In this document: positions 29,533-37,337 of the stretch, in pieces
Numbering within the stretch: the first letter of the stretch is position 1
How the letters are laid out: the number at the start of each line of letters is the position of its first letter
Assembly (NCBI GenBank): GCA_965283655.1
Contig: CBDIPJ010000001.1
Span: 114,987-178,986 of the forward strand
DNA length: 64,000 nt
Direction of reading: 5' to 3'
From: Limisphaerales bacterium
GTDB lineage: Bacteria > Verrucomicrobiota > Verrucomicrobiia > Limisphaerales > UBA9464
Made by a program: the position numbers and the translations under genes
Notes under the pieces: generated by a model
What the model was told of the DNA's origin: nothing
Seen by the model: the letters and a program-made list of their open reading frames with translations, nothing else
Database searches by the model: none

Positions 29533-32514
29533 TTGAAGCTGTCCGCACAAAGCACCCTGTGGTCCCTCGCCGCCCATCCGGATCGCGCGCGCCACGTGTA
29601 CACGGAGCTCCAGCACCATCCCGCCTCCGCCTCCTTCCTCGCATCGATCCCTCCCAGATCGGCCGAAGCCCTCATCCGTGTCGCCGGCGGCTCCCGCCAC
29701 CTCGCCGCCCGCCTGCTCCGTGAACCCGGCTGGGTTCCCATCTGCTTCGCTCCTTCCGCGCTGTCCCAGCCGCGCCGGTTCGACAGCCTCCGTCTGGAGG
29801 CCGCCGCATTCCTCGATGACGCCATCCACCGCGCCGATCACGCCGCCGCACTACGCTCCCTCCGACGTTTCCGGGAACGGGAATCCCTGCGCATCGCCGC
29901 ACGCGATCTCGCCGGATTCACCGACGTCGAGACCCTCACCCGCGAACTCTCCGATCTCGCCGATGTCTGCCTCGCCGGGGTCCTCCGCATCGTCCGCGCC
30001 CAACTCGCTTCACGCATGGGCGAACCCTGGCATCAGGGGCCCGATGGTCGCTGGACCCCGACGCCCTTCTGCGTCCTCGGCCTCGGCAAGCTCGGCGGAC
30101 AGGAACTGAACTACAGCTCCGATGTCGACCTGCTCTTCGTGTACGGCGATGAAGGTCACGTCTTCCGGTCCCCGCCCACCGCCCGAACCACGCCACCTTC
30201 CGGAGGCGTCGCCAGCCACGCCTTCTTCCGACGTCTCGCCGAAGCCTTCACCACCGAAGTCGCCCAAGCCTCGCCCGACGGTCAACTCTACCGCGTCGAC
30301 CTCCGCCTCCGTCCCGAAGGCGATGCGGGCCCGCTCGCACGATCCCTCGACGCCTACGAATCCTACTATTCCGAATGGGGCCAGACCTGGGAGCGCCTCA
30401 TGCTCCTCAAGGCCCGCCCCCTCGCAGGCGATCGCCAGCTCGGCGCCGAGTTCCTCGAAACCATCCAGTCGTTCCGCTATCCCAGGTCACTCTCCGAAGG
30501 CCTGCTCGACGAAATCGCCGCCACCAAGACCCGCCTGGAAACCGAGGCCATCCAGGGCGATGCGGAACGCGATGTGAAACGCGGCCGTGGCGGCATCCGC
30601 GAAATCGAATTCATCACCCAGTCCCTTCAACTCCTCAACGCGGGCCGCCAACCCTTCCTTCAGGGAGGTTCCACCCTTCCCTCCCTCGCCAAGCTCGCCG
30701 AGTACTCCCTCCTCTCAGCCACCGAAGCGACCCAACTCGCCGAAAGCTACCGGTTCTGGCGCGACGTGGAACACCGTCTCCAGATGGAGGACAACCTCCA
30801 GACCCACACGCTTCCCACGGACGCTCCAGCCCTCGCACGGATCGCCCACCTCATGGGCTGCGGCTCCGTCAACGACTTCGAATCCAGACGCACCCTCCAC
30901 GCCTCCCGCGTCCGTTCCATCTATGACAAGTTCCTGGGAACGCGCACTCCGGCCGACCCAGCCCCACACCTCCCACCCACCGCCCGAACCCACGAATCCG
31001 ACTGGCTGCGGCTCCTCACCCGTCACGGCTTCCGGGATCCCGCCGACGGCGTCCGCAGGATCCGCGAATTCATCGAGGGACCTGGATGGTCCCACGTCTC
31101 CCGACGGACCGGGGACCTCGGCCGGGCCCTGCTTCCCCACTTCCTCTCCATCTGCCCCGGAAGCCCCTTCCAACGCCCAGCCTCCAGCCGCATCCACAGC
31201 GTCCTTTCCGATCCCGACCGCGTCCTCACCCGACTCGATCGTTTCATCCAGGCCTACGGCAGCCGGTCCACCCTCTACGAGGCGTGGTCCGCAACGCCGC
31301 CATTCTTCGAATTGCTGCTGTGGCTCTTCGACCGTTCCGAGGCCCTCGGAGAAGTCGCCATCCGCACTCCCGATCTCGTCGAGGAAATCGTTCAGGGCGC
31401 ACACCTCCGCCGACAGCGCTCCGTCGACGAAACCCTCGCCGACCTGCGGCATGGGCGCACCGACACCGATCAGACGCTATGGCTCCGACGCTACCAACAG
31501 GCCGAACAGCTGCGCATCGGCCTGCGAAGCCTGCTCGACCTGGCCGATCCCACCCAGACCCACGCCGAGCTGACAACCCTTGCCGAAGCATCCATCCGCT
31601 ATGCCCTCGAGATCATCCAGCACCGACACCGCCTGAAGTCCGCCCCGTTCGCTGTCATCGGTCTCGGTCGGCTCGGTGGCGCCGAACTCACCTTCGGCTC
31701 CGACCTCGACCTGCTCTTCGTCACTCAGGACCGGCAGCGGGACCTGCCGCGGATCATTCGTTACGCCACGGAGTTCATCGCCCTGCTTTCCGCCTCCACC
31801 GAGATCGGGGCCGCCTACGACATCGATACCCGACTCCGTCCGGACGGCGAAAAGGGACTGCTCGTCAACACCATCGCCGCGCATGCGGACTACTACCGCC
31901 GCCGCGCACGACTCTGGGAAATCCAGGCCCTGCTCCGTGCACGCCCGATTGCGGGCGACCCGACCACCGCCTCCCGTTTCATGGCGCTCCCAGACACCTT
32001 CTGCCGCTTCCACCTTCCACAACCTGACCTCGCCGCCTGGCATCCCGACTGGGAGTCCGACATCGACGCCATGCGACAACGCATCCATCGCGAGCGCACC
32101 ACGCCGGGTACCGAGGACCTCGCCTTCAAGACCGGAGAGGGCGGCATCATCGCCGCGGAATTCCTCGCCCAGAAATGGAGCCTTGCCGACGGCCACCCCG
32201 AACCCAATACCCGGACCGCATTGGCCCGGGAATCGCCGCCGGCCGGCTCGCCCCGGACCAGGGTTCTGCCCTCCTTCAATCCTTCGACCAACTCCGCCGC
32301 ATCGAACTCATCCTGCGGCGATGGAGCTGTCAGCCCGAGTCCCTGCTCCCTGCCGATCCCGCCGCCCTCGACCGCGTCGCCATCCGCTGCGGACTGCCAT
32401 CCGGCGCCGAACTCCTGGCCACCGTCCGACAGTCCCGAGCCGTCATCCACCAGGCCTGCTCGCCCCGTAGCTGACGAGGGCCGGGAGGAGTCTCCAGATT
32501 CCGACGGTAGCTGA
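29533..32514 (+). CDS. glnE: glutamine synthetase adenylyltransferase/adenylyl-removing enzyme, 3' end frameshifted
   Basis: Two nucleotidyltransferase cores (FCVLGLGKLGGQELNYSSDVDLLFVY; FAVIGLGRLGGAELTFGSDLDLLFV). TTG at 29533 is the first start downstream of repeat sequence. The authentic C-terminus continues in another frame to 32474. Confidence 0.85.
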   Translation: MKLSAQSTLWSLAAHPDRARHVYTELQHHPASASFLASIPPRSAEALIRVAGGSRHLAARLLREPGWVPICFAPSALSQPRRFDSLRLEAAAFLDDAIHRADHAAALRSLRRFRERESLRIAARDLAGFTDVETLTRELSDLADVCLAGVLRIVRAQLASRMGEPWHQGPDGRWTPTPFCVLGLGKLGGQELNYSSDVDLLFVYGDEGHVFRSPPTARTTPPSGGVASHAFFRRLAEAFTTEVAQASPDGQLYRVDLRLRPEGDAGPLARSLDAYESYYSEWGQTWERLMLLKARPLAGDRQLGAEFLETIQSFRYPRSLSEGLLDEIAATKTRLETEAIQGDAERDVKRGRGGIREIEFITQSLQLLNAGRQPFLQGGSTLPSLAKLAEYSLLSATEATQLAESYRFWRDVEHRLQMEDNLQTHTLPTDAPALARIAHLMGCGSVNDFESRRTLHASRVRSIYDKFLGTRTPADPAPHLPPTARTHESDWLRLLTRHGFRDPADGVRRIREFIEGPGWSHVSRRTGDLGRALLPHFLSICPGSPFQRPASSRIHSVLSDPDRVLTRLDRFIQAYGSRSTLYEAWSATPPFFELLLWLFDRSEALGEVAIRTPDLVEEIVQGAHLRRQRSVDETLADLRHGRTDTDQTLWLRRYQQAEQLRIGLRSLLDLADPTQTHAELTTLAEASIRYALEIIQHRHRLKSAPFAVIGLGRLGGAELTFGSDLDLLFVTQDRQRDLPRIIRYATEFIALLSASTEIGAAYDIDTRLRPDGEKGLLVNTIAAHADYYRRRARLWEIQALLRARPIAGDPTTASRFMALPDTFCRFHLPQPDLAAWHPDWESDIDAMRQRIHRERTTPGTEDLAFKTGEGGIIAAEFLAQKWSLADGHPEPNTRTALARESPPAGSPRTRVLPSFNPSTNSAASNSSCGDGAVSPSPCSLPIPPPSTASPSAADCHPAPNSWPPSDSPEPSSTRPARPVADEGREESPDSDGS

Positions 32515-32839
32515 CGAGGTCACGAGGCAGTGGAAGGAGAGTCCCAGGTTTTCAGTCTCAAGTTCCAGGCCGACCTCACACGTGAAACTCCCCGCTGGCA
32601 GGACGGGCTCAGACGTGTGCAACGAATCCCAACGGGATTCTGGCACCCAGCCCAGAAGGGTTGCCGAGCTTGCGAGGCTACCCTGGGTTACAAGCCTCAA
32701 CGCCCTTGGCGTTGCAAACACAGCGTCATGGCGCCGCCGTTCAAACCCGAATCTCCTCCCCCTTGCAGGCCGGGTGCCCCACCCGGCGCAACTCACTGGC
32801 TGGCTTCAAACTTGAATCTTCAAACTTGAAACTCGGATC
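32467..32839. repeat. mosaic repeat region downstream of glnE
   Basis: REP-C type-B-like units at 32467 and 32507-32532, heptad module 32533-32570, hairpin-dense GC unit 32590-32715, REP-B 32764-32788, heptad module 32795-32836. Confidence 0.75.
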
Positions 32840-33835
32840 TCACCCCCCGACTTCCGCCCGGGCTTCCGCCGCCAACGCCGTCGACAGGTACCGTTCGCCC
32901 GTGGAGCACCCGATCGTCACGATGGTCTTGCCCTTGTTCTCGGGACGCTTCGCCACCTGGATCGCGGCCCACACGTTCGCCCCGGTCGAAATCCCACCCA
33001 GGATCCCCTCCTCCTTCGCCAACCGACGCGCGATCGCGAACGCATCGTCATTGCTCACCGCAACCGCCTCCGCGATCTGGGTCTCACCCGACGCCGACTT
33101 CAGATGCAGGTTCCGCGGCACAAACCCTGCCCCCGTCCCCTGGATCTTGTGCGGCCCCGGCTTCACCACCTGACCCGCCAACGTCTGCGAGATCACCGGC
33201 GAATCCGCCGGCTCCACCGCGATCGCCTGGAACGACGGCTTCCGCGCGTGCAACACCTCGTAGCAGCCCGTGATCGTCCCACCCGTGCCCACCGCCGCCA
33301 CCAGGATATCCACCGCGCCGTCCGTATCCGACCAGATCTCCTCGGCCGTCGTCCGACGATGGATGTCGGGATTCGCCGGGTTCTCGAACTGCTGCGGAAT
33401 CCAGGAATTGGGCGTCTCCCGGGCCAACTGTTCCGCCCGGCTGATCGCACCCCGCATGCCCTCCGAACCCGGCGTCAAAACCAGCTTCGCACCCAGCAAC
33501 GCCAGCAGGGTCCGGCGCTCCAGCGACATCGTCTCCGGCATCGTCAGGATCAGCTTGTACCCCTTGGCCGCCGCCACGAACGCGAGCGCGATGCCCGTGT
33601 TGCCCGACGTCGGCTCAATGATCGTCGTGTCCGGCTTCAGCACGCCGCTCTTCTCCGCCTCGTCGATCATGTTCATCCCGATCCGGTCCTTCACCGAACC
33701 CAGCGGATTGAAGAACTCGCACTTCAACAGCACCGACGTGGACGGATCCACGCCGAAGGATGCCGGGATGCGGTTGAGTCGGACCAGCGGGGTATGCCCG
33801 ACGGTCTCCACGATATTGTTGTAGATGCGGCCCAT
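32840..33835 (-). CDS. cysK: cysteine synthase A (O-acetylserine sulfhydrylase)
   Basis: [29 protein letters not shown] (PLP Lys) and GTGGTITG motifs over full length. Confidence 0.95.
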   Translation of the reverse strand: MGRIYNNIVETVGHTPLVRLNRIPASFGVDPSTSVLLKCEFFNPLGSVKDRIGMNMIDEAEKSGVLKPDTTIIEPTSGNTGIALAFVAAAKGYKLILTMPETMSLERRTLLALLGAKLVLTPGSEGMRGAISRAEQLARETPNSWIPQQFENPANPDIHRRTTAEEIWSDTDGAVDILVAAVGTGGTITGCYEVLHARKPSFQAIAVEPADSPVISQTLAGQVVKPGPHKIQGTGAGFVPRNLHLKSASGETQIAEAVAVSNDDAFAIARRLAKEEGILGGISTGANVWAAIQVAKRPENKGKTIVTIGCSTGERYLSTALAAEARAEVGG

Positions 33836-33844
33836 GGCTCAAAA

Positions 33845-33885
33845 AGCGTTGCGTTCTGTATCGATGATGCCGCAACGCTGCGGAA
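33845..33885 (-). promoter_or_regulatory. terminator-like hairpin + U-run in the cysK leader (candidate attenuator)
   Basis: On the cysK strand: AGCGTTGCG-17 nt-CGCAACGCT followed by TTTTTGAGCC and then the ATG. No upstream same-strand gene for it to terminate. Confidence 0.4.
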
Positions 33886-33927
33886 CCCAATGCCACGACG
33901 CAAGCACCCAGATTTCCCCGCCGTAAC

Positions 33928-34112
33928 GTAGCAGTCGACGTCAGGAGGCTAGGGCGGGGGAGAGTTCCCAGTTCCAAGATCTGAAGGCCGGGTGCCCCCA
34001 CCCGGCGGACTTCGAAAGTCCCAGTCTGAAGCTTGAATCCCTTCCCCACTCGTAGCAGTCGACGTCAGGAGGCTGTGGATGAATCTTGAAACTGAAAACT
34101 TCGAACTCCCCG
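33928..34112. repeat. mosaic repeat region (2x REP-C, REP-B, heptad modules)
   Basis: REP-C 33928-33951 and 34052-34075, REP-B 33982-34007, CTTGAAACTGAAAACTTCGAACTCCCCGAACTCCC 34085-34119. Confidence 0.85.
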
Positions 34113-34206
34113 AACTCCCGCCCGTCTCCCCCCACGATTCCCGATTGCATCCCCCACAGGCCCAAGGCCATGTTCCAAAGGTCTGCACGCTGGCAACACC
34201 CCCCTC

Positions 34207-34836
34207 ATGAGCCCCCGCAGCAAACCGGAAGACGACACGCTGCTCACGAGCCCCACCCTCCTCGCGCGGCTTCGCGTCATGGACGATTCCGAAGCCTGGC
34301 GCGAGTTCCTCGTCCGCTACGAACGCATGGTCAAGGGCATGGCCCGCGCCCGCGGGCTGTCCGCTGAGGACTCCGAGGACATCGCGCAGGAAGTCTTCCA
34401 CCGCGTTGCCGAATCCATCCACACCTTCGAACACCAGAACCAGCAAGGAGCCTTCCGCAGCTGGCTCAGCCAGCTCGCCCGCTGGCGCGTGGGTGACCTC
34501 CAGCGCCAGCTTCGCCGGACCCCCACCGTTCCCATCCCCACCCCGGATCCCGAGGAGGACACCGACCCCATCGAACACCCGGGCGACTCGGATCCCGTGG
34601 CCGAGCTCGAAGCCGCCACCCGCGAGGAACTCGTCCGCGCCGCCCTCCGACGCCTCCAGAAACGGGTGAAGCCCGCCAGCATCCAGGCCTTCGAACTCCT
34701 CGTCATCGAAGGCCTCCCCATCTTCAAGGTCGCTTCCATGCTCCAGATGAGTCCCGGCACCCTCTACGTCACCAAGTTCCGCGTCGCCCGCCAACTCCGC
34801 GACGAACTCGCCCTCCTCCGCAAGGAACTGGAGTAA
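34207..34836 (+). CDS. ECF-type RNA polymerase sigma-70 factor
   Basis: LLARLRVMDDSEAWREFLVRYERMVKGMA, DIAQEVFHRV, FRSWLSQLARWRVGDLQR and a C-terminal HTH-like region. Confidence 0.8.
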   Translation: MSPRSKPEDDTLLTSPTLLARLRVMDDSEAWREFLVRYERMVKGMARARGLSAEDSEDIAQEVFHRVAESIHTFEHQNQQGAFRSWLSQLARWRVGDLQRQLRRTPTVPIPTPDPEEDTDPIEHPGDSDPVAELEAATREELVRAALRRLQKRVKPASIQAFELLVIEGLPIFKVASMLQMSPGTLYVTKFRVARQLRDELALLRKELE

Positions 34837-34844
34837 GCCCAGGG

Positions 34845-35165
34845 GAAGTTTGAAGTTTGAAGATTCAAGTTTGAAGCCTGGTAACTCCCCCCTTGAAGGC
34901 CGGGTGCCCCCACCCGGCGCATCCCAGTCTCCGCCGGGTGAGGGCACCCGGCCTTCAACCACCTTACTTGAAACTTGAAACTGAAAACTCGGAACTCCCC
35001 GCTGTAGGCCGCGTGCCCCCACGCGGCGCAATTTCCAGTTCTGGAAACTGGAATCTGGCCACTGGGAACTCCCACCCGGCCTTCAACCACGGATCTGGCA
35101 TCTGGCAACTGGCATCTGGCATCTGGCAACTTACTTGAAACTTGAAACTGAAATCTTGAACCTCC
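34845..35165. repeat. densest mosaic region (4 REP-B, at least 5 heptad modules)
   Basis: REP-B 34893-34919 (+), 34932-34958 (-), 35003-35028 (+, GTAGG head), truncated 35073-35086 (-). Heptad arrays include (ATCTGGC/AACTGGC)x5 at 35091-35131. Confidence 0.85.
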
Positions 35166-35173
35166 GTATCCCC

Positions 35174-36331
35174 ATGTCGCTGACCTCGTTCTCGTTTCCG
35201 ACCCGCACCCTGTACGGCGCGGGTTCCCTCCGTGAGCTTCCCGCCCACCTCGCCCGCCTCGGCATCCACCGCCCGTTGGTGGTCACCGATCCCGGCCTGG
35301 CAAAGACCGACGCCTTCAAGGCCCTCGAATCCGTCCTGGGCATCGCCAACCGCGGCGTCACCTGGTTCGTCTTCGACGGCGTCCACCCCAATCCGATCGA
35401 GGACGACGTCCGCCTTCCCGGGGCCATGATCCGCGACCACGCCTGCGATGGCGTCATCGCCATCGGCGGCGGCAGCCCCCTCGACGCCGGCAAGGCCGCC
35501 CGCCTCCTGGCGAAGAAGCCCGACCTCGACATGGCGAAGTTCTACGACGAACCCCATGACTGGTCCGGCCTCGTTCCCCTGATCGCCATTCCCACCACCG
35601 CCGGCACCGGCAGTGAAGTCGGCCGCAGCTCCGTCATCACCCTCGACTCCACCAAGCGCAAGGCCGTCCTCTTCCACCCGGAACTCCTCGCCAAGCTCGT
35701 CGTCCTCGACCCCGAACTGACCGTCGGCCTTCCTCCCAAGCTCACTGCCGCCACCGGCGCCGACGCCCTCACCCACTGCATCGAGAGTTATACCTGCCCA
35801 TCCTTCCATCCGATGTGCGATGGCATCGCGCTGGAAGGCATCCACCTCATCGTCGACGCCCTGCCGCGGGCCGTACGCAACGGCGCCGACCTCGACGCCC
35901 GCGGCCGCATGCTCGTCGCCGCCGCGATGGGAGCCATCGCCTTCCAGAAGGACCTCGGCGTGGTCCATTCGATGGCCCATCCGCTTTCCACCCTCTTCGG
36001 GATGCACCACGGCCTCGCCAACGCCCTGTGCCTGGTCGCCGCCATGAAGTTCTGTGCCGCCCGCAAGCCCGGCCTCTACCGCCGGGTCGGCATCGCCTGT
36101 GACCTTCCCGTCCTCGGCCTCCCGGACGCCGAAGCCGACGCCGCCACCATCGAATTCATCGCGAAGTTCCTGGCCGACCTCGGCCTCAACACCCGCCTCC
36201 GCGACCACGGCGTGAAACCCGAGGCCCTCGAAGCCCTCGTCGGCCAGGCCATGGACGATCCCTGCCACAAGACCAACGCCGTCCCTGTCACCGCCGATGA
36301 TTTCCGCGCGCTCTACACAGCGGTGATCTGA
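35174..36331 (+). CDS. iron-containing (class III) alcohol dehydrogenase
   Basis: RPLVVTDPGL, VIAIGGGSPLDAGKA, LIAIPTTAGTGSEV and HSMAHPLS...HGLANA motifs. ATG at 35174 follows the repeat module. Confidence 0.9.
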   Translation: MSLTSFSFPTRTLYGAGSLRELPAHLARLGIHRPLVVTDPGLAKTDAFKALESVLGIANRGVTWFVFDGVHPNPIEDDVRLPGAMIRDHACDGVIAIGGGSPLDAGKAARLLAKKPDLDMAKFYDEPHDWSGLVPLIAIPTTAGTGSEVGRSSVITLDSTKRKAVLFHPELLAKLVVLDPELTVGLPPKLTAATGADALTHCIESYTCPSFHPMCDGIALEGIHLIVDALPRAVRNGADLDARGRMLVAAAMGAIAFQKDLGVVHSMAHPLSTLFGMHHGLANALCLVAAMKFCAARKPGLYRRVGIACDLPVLGLPDAEADAATIEFIAKFLADLGLNTRLRDHGVKPEALEALVGQAMDDPCHKTNAVPVTADDFRALYTAVI

Positions 36332-36375
36332 CCCTGGGATCCAGAGGACTGTTCGTTGAGTCCGAGCCACGGATC

Positions 36376-36401
36376 AGTAGGCCGGGTGCCTTCACCCGGC
36401 G
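36376..36401 (+). repeat. REP-B single copy (GTAGG head)
   Basis: AGTAGGCCGGGTGCCTTCACCCGGCG. Confidence 0.7.
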
Positions 36402-36555
36402 TATGCACTAAAGACTGTAGACGAGGTGTGGACTGCCGGTTCATTGCTGCAAATACCGTTACTGTAGGGGGGCGTGTCTTCATGCCGCACGCGAAGCCGC
36501 GACGGCCGCGAAGAAAAGCCGGGCCCGCCCCTTCGTCGCTCGGAACCTTTCGCGT

Positions 36556-36993
36556 GAGCCGGTTTCCACGACGTCGTCGGACGGCGTCACCCACCTCTAC
36601 CGCCGCGACATTCGTTGGGAAGCTGACGGTAGCACTGGTACCGGAAGCGCTGATGGAACCCAGCCCGGACACGATGAGGGCGCAGTCGGTTCCAAGTGTG
36701 GCCGGCCTTCGGCCAACGACCTCGCCCAGGTTGACGTTCACCGTCAGATTCGTCGCGAGGCTCCCCGTCCGTTCGAATCGGATGTGGCCTTCCTGAACCC
36801 CACCCTCCCGGCGATCCTGCGCCACGGAGATGACCGGACGGACCGAGACCGCTGTGCCGATCGGAAGTGTTCCCCGGGCGTAGGCCACCCGATACTCCGA
36901 AAACTGACCGGAGGCCTGATTGGTTGCCGCAGGAGCGTGGGCGGTGGCGTCAGGGGGGATGGGCGTTGGGTTCGCATAACCGGCTATAACTCC
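36556..36993 (-). pseudogene. possible start-less remnant of a Calx-beta-like adhesin gene
   Basis: The frame reads ...VISVAQDRREGGVQEGHIRFERTGSLATNLTVNVNLGE...ATLGTDC..., like the Calx-beta unit of the 56032-58056 protein. No ATG; bounded by a stop upstream and repeats on both sides. Confidence 0.2.
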
Positions 36994-37129
36994 TCCCCAT
37001 GAACTTCAGATGACCCAACAAATCAACGACTCATTGGCGAATCAGGGAGCAATGGGGTGAAACGGCCAACAGGGCTGCGGTTCTGGAAAGGGCCGAACAA
37101 AGCGTGTCCGGCTGCGCTTTCCGTTCATC

Positions 37130-37298
37130 CTAGAAGCGGGAGTTCATTTAACCGCAGATGCCGCAGATGGAGGGGCAGAAATGCCAGCACCCAAGGCTCG
37201 TGCAGACGTCACCTTGCGGGTGAAGGGCACGCCCGATCCAAGCTACTGACTCTCTGCGTCATCTGCGATCATCTGCGGTTCCAACTGCTGCTTTCAGG
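37130..37298 (+). repeat. ~170-nt structured element, copy 2
   Basis: Near-identical to 6971-7148 apart from a 9-nt deletion in the 5' arm and 2 substitutions. Confidence 0.7.
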
Positions 37299-37337
37299 TT
37301 CATGGAAGGAGCAAAGTGCTTTCCCCGCCCAGCGGAC

